Source: Actinomycetes bacterium
GTDB taxonomy: Bacteria > Planctomycetota > Phycisphaerae > JAACET01
NCBI GenBank assembly: GCA_030631725.1
Contig: DAOVKO010000001.1
Location: forward strand, 1-38,252
DNA length: 38,252 nucleotides
Reading direction: 5' to 3'
Part shown: positions 8,102-15,747 of the stretch, one piece after another
How the letters are laid out: the number at the start of each line of letters is the position of its first letter
How positions within the stretch are numbered: the stretch's first letter is position 1
Program-made: the position numbers and the translations under genes
Notes under the pieces: model-generated
What the model was told of the DNA's origin: nothing
Databases searched by the model: none
The model's input: the letters and a program-made list of their open reading frames with translations, nothing else

Positions 8102-8129
8102 TATACCCAATCTCCCAGAAGCAAACAAC

Positions 8130-9629
8130 TCAAGTTTGCCCTAGAACTTCGCGGTCGATGAGTTCGCCGACCACTTTGGGATTGGCCTGGCCTTTGGACT
8201 TTTGCATGACTTGGCCGAGGAGGAAGCTGCGAGCCTTCTTGGCTTTTTTTCCGCCGGACTTGTAGTCGGCCACGGCCTTGGCATTATCAGCGAGCACCTG
8301 GGCGACAATAGACTCCAGAGCAGAAGTGTCGGAAACCTGCATGAGGTTTCTTTCTGAAGCGATTTTTTCGGGGGGGGCATCCGATTCGAGCATGGCTTGG
8401 AAGATGGTGGCAGCGGCGCTGGCTGATACGGTATCGTCGTCGGTGAGTTTGCAAAGTTGGGCCAATCGCTGGGGGGAGATACCCAGCTCGGCTACATCTG
8501 TGCCTTTCTCGTTAGCCAAGCGCATACCTTGGGATTGAATCAGATTGGCAGCCCGGCGGGGTGAGGCCCCGGCTTGTATGACAGCCTCGAAGTAGTCGGC
8601 TGTGGTCCGCTCGGATGTGAGCAAGGTGGTGAGCTTTTCATCGAGGCCGAATTCTTCCCGGAAGCGGGCATATCGGGCTATGGGCAGCTCGGGGAGCTGG
8701 GCTTTGATTCTCTCGAGCCAGGCGTCGTCGATTTCGACGGGGAGCAGGTCGGGCTCGGGGAAATAGCGATACTCGTCGGCTTCCTCCTTGTGCCGCTGAT
8801 AAACGGTAACTTCCCGGACGTCGTCCCAGCCTCGATTCTGCTTGGACATTTTGTCCATACGGTAGCCGTGGGGGTCGGCTTGCCATTCTTCAGCTTGGCG
8901 GGCGATCTCGAAGGCGACGGTTCGCTCCAGGGAGCGGAAGCTGTTGAGGTTTTTGACCTCGATGATGGGGGTATAGTGGCCGCCGTCGGGTTCGGAGTCG
9001 TCGAAAATCCACAAGCTGATGTTGGGCTCGAAGCGCATGTGTCCCTGCTGCATGTTGGCCTGGGAGATGCCCAGATAGCGGACGAGTTGGCGCATGCTGC
9101 GGGCATAGGCCATGACTTCTTCGACGCAGTTCAAGTCCGGCTCGGAGACGATCTCCAGCAGGGGCACGCCTGCGCGGTTGAGGTCCACGCCGGTACAGTC
9201 GGGCAAATCGTGGACGTTCTTGCCGGCGTCCTCTTCGAGGTGGGCTCTGGTTATGCCGATCCGCTTGGTTTGGCCATTGACGAGCAGGTCGATGTAGCCG
9301 TCGCTGCCCAGCGGCAGGTCGTATTGGGATATCTGGTAGTTCTTGGGCAAATCGGGATAGTAGTAGCCTTTGCGGTCCCATTTGGTGAATTCGGCGATCC
9401 GGCAGTTGAGGGCCAGGGCCATGAGTACGGCATACTCGTAGGCCTGGCGGTTCATGGTGGGCAGGACGCCGGGCATGCCTAAACAGACGGGGCAAACGTT
9501 GGTGTTGGGCGGATCGCCAAAGTGGTTGGGACAAGCGCAGAACATCTTGCTGGCGGTGGAAAGTTCGACGTGTATTTCCAGGCCGATGGTCGGGCGATAT
9601 CCTAAAGATGTTACGTTTTTTTGAATCAT
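8130..9629 (-). CDS. gatB: Asp/Glu-tRNA amidotransferase subunit B
   Basis: MIQKNVTSLGYRPTIGLEIHVEL...CPVCLGMPGVLP plus the C-terminal YqeY-like tail. The true start is ATG 9629. The 23-codon track extension would overlap gatA. Confidence 0.95.
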   Translation of the reverse strand: MIQKNVTSLGYRPTIGLEIHVELSTASKMFCACPNHFGDPPNTNVCPVCLGMPGVLPTMNRQAYEYAVLMALALNCRIAEFTKWDRKGYYYPDLPKNYQISQYDLPLGSDGYIDLLVNGQTKRIGITRAHLEEDAGKNVHDLPDCTGVDLNRAGVPLLEIVSEPDLNCVEEVMAYARSMRQLVRYLGISQANMQQGHMRFEPNISLWIFDDSEPDGGHYTPIIEVKNLNSFRSLERTVAFEIARQAEEWQADPHGYRMDKMSKQNRGWDDVREVTVYQRHKEEADEYRYFPEPDLLPVEIDDAWLERIKAQLPELPIARYARFREEFGLDEKLTTLLTSERTTADYFEAVIQAGASPRRAANLIQSQGMRLANEKGTDVAELGISPQRLAQLCKLTDDDTVSASAAATIFQAMLESDAPPEKIASERNLMQVSDTSALESIVAQVLADNAKAVADYKSGGKKAKKARSFLLGQVMQKSKGQANPKVVGELIDREVLGQT

Positions 9630-9636
9630 AGTTCCA

Positions 9637-11103
9637 CTAAGACTGGAGCTTCGGCTTTTGCAGGTGGTAATCTGTGGCTTGCTCGAACATTCGGGCAATG
9701 CGCAGGAGCAATTCTTCGCTAAACGCTTTAGTGGTCAGTTGCAAACCGATAGGCAGGCCTGCGGAGCTGAAGCCACATGGAATACTGATAGCCGGCAGGC
9801 CGGTCAAGTTGGCCATGACGGTGTAGACATCCGACAAATAGAGGGTCAGGGGGTCGTCGATCTTTTCGCCGAGCCTGAAGGGCGGGGTAGGTGTTACCGG
9901 CCCGGCAATACAATCGACCTGCTCGAAGGCCTTATCGAAATCCTGCCTGATCAGGGTGCGGACTTTTAGGGCTTTGAGGTAATAGGCATCGTAATAGCCA
10001 GCGGAGAGGGTGTATGTGCCGAGCATGATGCGGCGTTTGACTTCGGCTCCGAAGCCGTGGGCACGGCTGGTATAATACATATCTATGTAGTCTTTGGGGT
10101 CTTTGTCGCGATAGCCGTAGCGGACGCCGTCGTAGCGTGCGAGGTTGCTTGAGGCTTCGGCGGTGGCGACGATGTAATAGACGGCCAGGGCGTACTTGTT
10201 CAGGGGCATGGAGATATCGACGATCTCGGCTCCTAAAGAAGCGTAGAAGTCCAAGGCCTGGCGGACGGCCTGGGCGATTTCCTTATCGAGGCCCTCCTGG
10301 AAATACTCTCCGGCTACGCCGATCCTTAGCGGTTTGACGGGCTTGTCAAGGTTGGCCAAATAGTCGCCTACTTCCAGGTCGGCGCTGGTGGAGTCGCGCC
10401 GGTCGTGGCCGGCGATGATGTTCAGCAGTAACGCCAGATCAGGGATGGTCTTGGCTATAGGGCCAATCTGGTCGAGCGAGGAGCCAAAGGCGACCAGCCC
10501 GTAGCGAGAGACCCGGCCATAAGTGGGTTTGAGACCGACGACGGAACAGAAGGCAGCCGGCTGACGAATCGAGCCGCCGGTGTCCGAGCCCAGAGCGGCG
10601 TAGGCCAAGTCGGCAGCGACGACGGCGGCGGAGCCGCCGGATGAGCCGCCGGGGACTGTCTGGAGGTTCCAGGGATTGCGGGTGACGCCGAAGCCGGAGT
10701 TTTCGGTGCTGGCGCCCATGGCGAACTCGTCGAGGTTGGTTTTGCCGAGGATGACCGCGTCGGCGGCATTGAGGGCCTGGACAACGTGGGCTTCGTAGGG
10801 GGCTTGGAAGTTGCCCAGAATCTTTGAGGCGCAGGTAGTTCGGCCGTGGCTGATGCAGATGTTGTCTTTTATGGCCAAGGGGACGCCGGCCAAGGGGCCG
10901 AGGGTTTCGCCCTTGCTGCGGCGTTTGTCGATTCGGTCAGCTTGAGCGAGAGCAGCGTCTTGGTGCAGCTCGAGATAACCGTGTATGGCGGGGTCGTGGC
11001 GTTCGATGCGCTGGAAGAGGTGCTCGGTGGCCTGGCGGGAACTGAGCTGGCCTTTGGCTAATTCGCCGGCGAGCTGTTGGATGGTCAGGCGGTGTAATTC
11101 CAT
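9637..11103 (-). CDS. gatA: Glu-tRNA(Gln) amidotransferase subunit A
   Basis: 488 aa with the amidase signature GGSSGGSAAVVAA and the KDNI motif. Immediately upstream of gatB. Confidence 0.95.
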   Translation of the reverse strand: MELHRLTIQQLAGELAKGQLSSRQATEHLFQRIERHDPAIHGYLELHQDAALAQADRIDKRRSKGETLGPLAGVPLAIKDNICISHGRTTCASKILGNFQAPYEAHVVQALNAADAVILGKTNLDEFAMGASTENSGFGVTRNPWNLQTVPGGSSGGSAAVVAADLAYAALGSDTGGSIRQPAAFCSVVGLKPTYGRVSRYGLVAFGSSLDQIGPIAKTIPDLALLLNIIAGHDRRDSTSADLEVGDYLANLDKPVKPLRIGVAGEYFQEGLDKEIAQAVRQALDFYASLGAEIVDISMPLNKYALAVYYIVATAEASSNLARYDGVRYGYRDKDPKDYIDMYYTSRAHGFGAEVKRRIMLGTYTLSAGYYDAYYLKALKVRTLIRQDFDKAFEQVDCIAGPVTPTPPFRLGEKIDDPLTLYLSDVYTVMANLTGLPAISIPCGFSSAGLPIGLQLTTKAFSEELLLRIARMFEQATDYHLQKPKLQS

Positions 11104-11147
11104 TAGTCTGCTCAGAACTTATAAAAACAATTGGCACGAAAAACAGA

Positions 11148-11268
11148 GTTATTAGCTATTAGTCATCAGCCATTTGTTATTTGTTATTTATCTAAGACAG
11201 CCGGAAGGCTCGGGTGAAAACAATAGCAAATAACGATTAATTAATGACTAATAACAAATCGCAAATGG
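11148..11268. repeat. AT-rich palindromic insert between gatC and gatA
   Basis: CCATTTGTTATTTGTTATT (11170-11188) pairs 17/19 with AATAACAAATCGCAAATGG (11250-11268). An alternative perfect 10-bp pair is TATTAGTCAT (11157-11166) / ATGACTAATA (11244-11253). There are five GTTATT/AATAAC hexamers. Confidence 0.7.
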
Positions 11269-11322
11269 TTCTTGACGGTGTACTGAGATCAAGTAAATCC
11301 TTTTTTTAACAGAGAGTCTTGG

Positions 11323-11616
11323 CTATTCAAGGACCTTGGGGACGGCGAAGAAGTCTCCGTGTGTGCGGGGAGCGTTGGCCAGGGCCTGTTCATTGGAAAG
11401 GGATTGGCCGATTTGATCCTGGCGAAAAACGTTGCTGATTTTCAAGGGATGGGTGGTGGGCTCGACGCCTTCGGTGTTCAACTCACTGAGCTGATCGATG
11501 TAGTTGAGGATATCGGATAATTGGCCGGCGAATTGTTCGAGCTCGTCTGTGGTGAGATTAATCCGGGCCAGACGAGCAATGCGGCGTACCTGGTCAGGGT
11601 CTATTTTGGCGGGCAC
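11323..11616 (-). CDS. gatC: Asp/Glu-tRNA amidotransferase subunit C
   Basis: 97 aa. IARLARINLTTDELEQFAGQLSDILNYIDQLSELNTEGVEPTTHP is typical GatC. GTG start with GGAGG 7 nt upstream. Confidence 0.9.
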   Translation of the reverse strand: MPAKIDPDQVRRIARLARINLTTDELEQFAGQLSDILNYIDQLSELNTEGVEPTTHPLKISNVFRQDQIGQSLSNEQALANAPRTHGDFFAVPKVLE

Positions 11617-11666
11617 GGGGGGGCCTCCGGGTGATTAGCCGCAGATGAATACAGAAAGAATAATTG

Positions 11667-11755
11667 GCCACAGATGAACACAGATTACACAGATAAGACA
11701 AGCAAAGAGCTATAAATGGCAAAACCGAATCAGTGAAATCTGTGTAATCTGTGGC
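11667..11755. repeat. CACAGAT-heptad hairpin between rpmB and gatC
   Basis: Perfect 16-bp inverted repeat CACAGATTACACAGAT (11679-11694) / ATCTGTGTAATCTGTG (11738-11753) with a 43-nt loop. Five CACAGAT/ATCTGTG heptads in total. Confidence 0.75.
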
Positions 11756-11772
11756 TAGATAATCTTTGCCAG

Positions 11773-12045
11773 CTATTCGTCGGCTGATTCTTGAACTTCC
11801 GGATGGTAGTCGCGTCTGGGCGGCTTGACAACCAGGCCCATGCGGATGGCCTTGGCAGAGACTTTAATCCTTACGACACGTCCATTTACGAGGGCTCGGA
11901 CCTTTTGGATGTTGGCTTTGAACTGCCGCTTGCTTCGGCCGGTGATCTTTCGACCGACACCGCCGAGGTACTTTGCTCGTCCGCGATAGACCTTGGAGCC
12001 GCCGGCGCGGGTCTTTTTTCCTGTAAAAAAGCACACTCTGGACAT
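11773..12045 (-). CDS. rpmB: 50S ribosomal protein L28
   Basis: MSRVCFFTGKKTRAGGSKV...NIQKVRALVNGRVVRIKVSAKAIR is a canonical L28 sequence, here with a short acidic tail. Confidence 0.9.
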   Translation of the reverse strand: MSRVCFFTGKKTRAGGSKVYRGRAKYLGGVGRKITGRSKRQFKANIQKVRALVNGRVVRIKVSAKAIRMGLVVKPPRRDYHPEVQESADE

Positions 12046-12102
12046 AACTGCTCCTGGCTTGAGGACCTGGCCAATTGGGCGAGGCCGGGACTGAAGTTGA
12101 AA

Positions 12103-12131
12103 CTTATATGGCAGATGCAGGGCAAAATCAA
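12103..12131 (-). promoter_or_regulatory. sigma70-type promoter for rpmB
   Basis: On the minus strand: TTGATT (12126-12131), 17-nt spacer, TATAAG (12103-12108). The spacer contains CCTGCATCTGCC, also found upstream of the 25632 gene. Confidence 0.45.
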
Positions 12132-12370
12132 GGGAAAAACCCAGCGGCCTGCATTGAGGTCTTGGCCTGATCCTTTAAATCATCCGGCAGATAGTGCATC
12201 ACGTTCTTGATCTTGTGGTTGCGACATCTCTGCACCGGGTTGGACGGGCCGAAGATGCTATCGATGGCCCTCCGTAGGGCCTTGCTGCCGTCGATCACAA
12301 ACAAACGGCGTTGTTTAGGATCGATGCCCCGAGCAACCAGCTCTTCCAACAGTTCTCTAACTGGGCCATC
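12131..12370 (-). mobile_element. internal fragment of an IS256-family (mutator-type) transposase, inactive
   Basis: ELLEELVARGIDPKQRRLFVIDGSKALRRAIDSIFG...QRCRNHKIKNVMHYLPDDL matches the central DDE region of IS256-type transposases. The N- and C-terminal thirds are missing and no inverted repeats were seen. Confidence 0.7.
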
Positions 12371-12633
12371 TGGGGCAGAATCTGTCGGATAAGGAGTAAT
12401 GGTCCAAAGAGATTTACTCTCACATCCTCCCACCAGTCTTTTGGGTCAAGTTCATGCACTCCCGCAATGCAGTTAAAGCGCCCGGCGTTGTTAAAGACCA
12501 CGTCAATTCTTTCGAACGCTTCAAGCGTTTTTGTCACCAGATTCTTTACCTGGTTAGGTTCAGTAATGTCGCTGCTTACAGCCAGAGCTGTACCACCATT
12601 GTTTCTAATCAGATCGGCCGTCTGTTCCGCCAA
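12363..12633 (-). pseudogene. short-chain dehydrogenase/reductase fragment
   Basis: GGTALAVSSDITEPNQVKNLVTKTLEAFERIDVVFNNAG...VNLFGPLLLIRQILPQM is the middle of an SDR. The TGxxxGxG N-terminus and the catalytic YxxxK region are absent. Homology ends where the transposase fragment begins. Confidence 0.65.
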
Positions 12634-12767
12634 GAGTGAAATGCCAAAGCGGTGATAATCGCGGCAACAACTATACCAATAATCAGGTATCGCATGAATC
12701 TGTTCCCTTTTTCTTAGACTTCCCCCTATTGTTCGTCACCTATGCATTTTAGTGAGGCCGGGATTTC

Positions 12768-13700
12768 CTATATAAGGCCAAGTTGGTCCCTGGCCCAGTG
12801 GGCGGTCTCGATAATCGCCTGGTCCGTTGTGCAGTGGGGTGAGTAACCAAGCTGTGTCTTTGCCTTGGCAATATCGAAACACATGTGCTCGGCCAGGAAG
12901 TGAAGGCCGACCTCGTTCACTCTACTTTCATATTTCTTTAACAACGCCGCGATGGGCATGTAGTTGAGGGTTACTTGACAACCCAGGGCCGCGCCCGTAA
13001 TCTCGAGGTAGCGGTTGATGGTTACCGCCTTGTCGAGGCAGATATTGTAGATCTCGCCAATACTCTCGGGCCGCTCGATGGCAAGGAGAAACGCCTTAGC
13101 TAGGTCACAGATGTTCACGGGTTGTAGAAGCGCCTGCCCCGCGTTGGGCACGTCGAGGGGGACCGAGTTGATAACGTCGGCTATGAAGTCCTTGCGCCGA
13201 CCTCCGAGGTTGTCCAGCGGCAACATCCCTGGACCCGTGATGTACGACGGGCGAATCACCGTGGCCGGGAAGCTGGAATCCCGATGTAAGGTCAGGACTT
13301 TGTCGTCCACTTCGACGTTCTGTGCCCAGCCACCCATACTCCTGAAACCACGGTATGGCATAGTCTCATCACCGGGGACAAACGGCAGCGGCGCGTATCC
13401 ACCGGTGGAGCTGCAGTGGAGATAGTGTTTGATATCCCCACCATGATTGACAATGTTGTCAATAGACTTCACCGTCGGCACGGAATCGATGACAACGTCG
13501 TAGCCCGCTGCGAGGATCTTGCTCGAGTCCGAATCGTTGTCCTTGTCGCCCTTGACTATCCTGATTCCATTAGGGATCTCGCCAAGGTACGTCTGCGTCT
13601 TTCCCCTGCAGCAGATAGTGACCTCGTGGCCAGCATCGTGGAAGACCGAGACGATATGGTGTCCGAGCCATCCAGTTCCGCCAAAAACGATAACTCTCAT
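12768..13700 (-). CDS. NAD-dependent epimerase/dehydratase family protein
   Basis: MRVIVFGGTGWLGHHIV (GxxGxxG Rossmann motif), about 310 aa. ATG 13700 has AAAGGA upstream. The 111-codon N-terminal extension in the track ORF is Arg/Ser-rich non-homologous read-through. Confidence 0.8.
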   Translation of the reverse strand: MRVIVFGGTGWLGHHIVSVFHDAGHEVTICCRGKTQTYLGEIPNGIRIVKGDKDNDSDSSKILAAGYDVVIDSVPTVKSIDNIVNHGGDIKHYLHCSSTGGYAPLPFVPGDETMPYRGFRSMGGWAQNVEVDDKVLTLHRDSSFPATVIRPSYITGPGMLPLDNLGGRRKDFIADVINSVPLDVPNAGQALLQPVNICDLAKAFLLAIERPESIGEIYNICLDKAVTINRYLEITGAALGCQVTLNYMPIAALLKKYESRVNEVGLHFLAEHMCFDIAKAKTQLGYSPHCTTDQAIIETAHWARDQLGLI

Positions 13701-13712
13701 TACAGCATCCTT

Positions 13713-13732
13713 TCCGGTTGGGGTTGAGGCAC
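13713..13732 (-). repeat. R-family 20-mer, copy R6 (minus strand)
   Basis: The minus strand reads GTGCCTCAACCCCAACCGGA. This is about 16/20 to the core TGCCTCAACGCCGAGCGGA of the copies at 27321, 29988 and 30708. It runs into the epimerase RBS (GGAAAGGA). Confidence 0.45.
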
Positions 13733-13801
13733 GGGAGCGAGCAGATTCATCGTAACCTGAACTCGACCAAGGGTTTTGCGGGCTAATGGCTCTCCTTGCG
13801 A

Positions 13802-15661
13802 CTACAAGCCAACGGCGCGGCGAATACGGGCAGCGGTAGGATCGAACGGATAACTTTCGCGAGCCTCCGTCACTTTGTACTGTTCGCACAGTTCCAGAAA
13901 GCGCTGCACCAACGGGCGCATGCGCTTGGTCAGGGATGGATCGACTTTGCCCGGATCTTCGGTGGCGTTCAAGGCGTTCCAGCTCGGCGGCCAATTCGAT
14001 GGATCGACTTTTTGCGGATCTTCGACGTACCATATTGGTTCGATCGCCGCACGATAGGCGCAGATAGAGGCTTTTTCCACACGGTGACGGATCGCATCGC
14101 TTTCGGCCAGTTTCAGGGCTTCATCAAATGCATCCAGACCGGCTTGGGCGATCGATTCGTCGACGGCAAAATCCCTCGCCCGCCCGGCGCAGCCCGGATG
14201 CAGGCCGCTGGCCTCGACATGATCGTGCACCAAGTTAATGAACCGCCGAACGGGCTCTGCGGCACGGCCGTAATGCAGATCGAGAAACTCGTCCGTCAAC
14301 TCTTGCCCGTTGCGATTCGGGTCCCACAGCAGATTCGTTATTATATAATTCCGCAAGTCCGACAGCTCACTCGCTGGCGAACTGTACACCACTTGCATGA
14401 GAATGCCCTTGGCATTGTTAGCCACAAAGTAACGGATATTCGGCTCGATCACCCGCAGGTTTGGACATGGCAACAGCCAGTTGGAGAAGTTGGTGTTGTA
14501 GTTCCAGATGTAGATGTTGTCGCAGATTTTGCCCCAATCACTCATGTCGCGGCAGAAGGCCACGTTCTTCGGGCAGTTGGGATCGTCGATTGGATGGATC
14601 TGGCAACACTCTATACTGCAGACTTGAATCTGAACGTTGCTACGGGGCCTGATCGTTTTCGGCGGCTTGCGAGTGTACCAATAGGCCTCTGTGGCCACCA
14701 TTACGTCGGGATGTTTTTTGGCTACTTCATCAGCCACTGCGTTGACGAAGGTCAAGAGCGAGCCCATCGGCGTGCCTTGGGCCTTGTCGATCGCAGCGCA
14801 GTTGGCGCACTGACAATAATTGTCGTTATCATTCTGACAAACTGAGACGTTCTTGACAGCAGGATTATTATCCAGGTCACTTAGTACTGATTCAGTCACG
14901 ATCTTCAACACATCGGGATTCGTCAGGCACAATTCTGGCCCGCTGGGAACGTCCAGCTTGCGCTGCCCGCCAACAAGGGTAAAGAATTCGGGATACTCTT
15001 GGCCATACTGCCCAGCCAGGAGAGCAAAGTATTCAGGGTGCTCTTGGCCATACTTGCTCACCGGGCATTGGCGCTTGAAGGAATGATTGATCTCCAAGAG
15101 GCCGGTCTTGGCACCGAGCTTGGGCGCATCGGCCACGGTGTTGACGCGGAGTCGGGTGGCAAAGGCCGCGTTTGTATTTATCTCCCAGTAGAAGCTCCAG
15201 CGAAAATTCAGCGGCGGGTGGTAGAAGCGATCCACCGGCCCGACCACACAGGAGAGGCCAATCTTGGGCACGTATGTATGATCCGTAGTCAAAAATCGTA
15301 TGCCCAGATAGTCCTCCAGGAAAGTGTAGACCCCATAGAGCGTTCCGCGAGGCCGGCCGCCAGCAATGGCTATATTGCCGTCGCGGATAACTATCCGCAA
15401 ATCTTCGTCACCGAATCCATCGATGCTAAAAGCCACGTTACTTGCACTCAGGGCTCGGCTTGGACCGATGAAAATGTGTTTATCCGGACGAGCGGTTCTC
15501 TGCACAATCGCCAGTGTTGCCCCACTGGCCTGAGCGAAAAGCCGCTGGAATTCCTCGGCCGCATACACTTCACTGGCAGAGGCGTCGTCAGCGACGACGA
15601 TGTCCCAGCCGCTAAGCTGGGCTAGATCTATGCCTTCAGTACTATTGGAGTGGATTTCCAT
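13802..15661 (-). CDS. DUF4838 domain protein (GH20/GH67-like fold, glycan-related)
   Basis: 619 aa. N-terminal pattern IVVADDASASEVYAAEEFQRLF...GDEDLRIVIRDGNIAIAGGRPRGTLYGVYTFLEDYLGIRF is characteristic of DUF4838. No signal peptide. Confidence 0.7.
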   Translation of the reverse strand: MEIHSNSTEGIDLAQLSGWDIVVADDASASEVYAAEEFQRLFAQASGATLAIVQRTARPDKHIFIGPSRALSASNVAFSIDGFGDEDLRIVIRDGNIAIAGGRPRGTLYGVYTFLEDYLGIRFLTTDHTYVPKIGLSCVVGPVDRFYHPPLNFRWSFYWEINTNAAFATRLRVNTVADAPKLGAKTGLLEINHSFKRQCPVSKYGQEHPEYFALLAGQYGQEYPEFFTLVGGQRKLDVPSGPELCLTNPDVLKIVTESVLSDLDNNPAVKNVSVCQNDNDNYCQCANCAAIDKAQGTPMGSLLTFVNAVADEVAKKHPDVMVATEAYWYTRKPPKTIRPRSNVQIQVCSIECCQIHPIDDPNCPKNVAFCRDMSDWGKICDNIYIWNYNTNFSNWLLPCPNLRVIEPNIRYFVANNAKGILMQVVYSSPASELSDLRNYIITNLLWDPNRNGQELTDEFLDLHYGRAAEPVRRFINLVHDHVEASGLHPGCAGRARDFAVDESIAQAGLDAFDEALKLAESDAIRHRVEKASICAYRAAIEPIWYVEDPQKVDPSNWPPSWNALNATEDPGKVDPSLTKRMRPLVQRFLELCEQYKVTEARESYPFDPTAARIRRAVGL

Positions 15662-15747
15662 ATTTGTCTCCCTGATCTTTGCCGTACTTTAACCGACATT
15701 TCCCAGATAAGCTCTTAAACGACATACCTTTCTCCCACACCCTTACA

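Noticed and set aside
8574-9482. 302-aa plus-strand ORF, with several other 60-215-aa ORFs, lying within gatB and gatA
   Set aside because: They lie antisense to, or out of frame with, unmistakable gatB/gatA coding sequence. Their low-complexity Gly/Val/Ala/Arg/Pro-rich translations are typical of shadow ORFs in GC-rich genes.
11617-11623. G7 (C7 on the coding strand) homopolymer between the gatC Shine-Dalgarno sequence and the GTG start, considered as a slipped-strand phase-variation switch
   Set aside because: The tract lies in the SD-start spacer, which is 7 nt. A gain or loss of 1 nt would keep the spacing functional. gatC is essential, so an on/off switch is implausible.
12609-12695. 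28-codon hydrophobic ORF (MRYLIIGIVVAAIITALAFHSWRNRRPI) with an AAGGGA RBS upstream of the SDR fragment
   Set aside because: It could be a real small membrane peptide. It sits in a decayed region, overlaps the SDR fragment in another frame, and cannot be supported from sequence alone.
13701-14033. N-terminal 111-codon extension of the epimerase ORF. Analogous extensions: gatB to 9698, GH38 to 35394, rluD from 1705, DUF2284 from 29277, FG-GAP from 21517.
   Set aside because: The extensions overlap neighbouring genes or lack homology. Internal ATGs with proper RBS coincide with the start of family homology.
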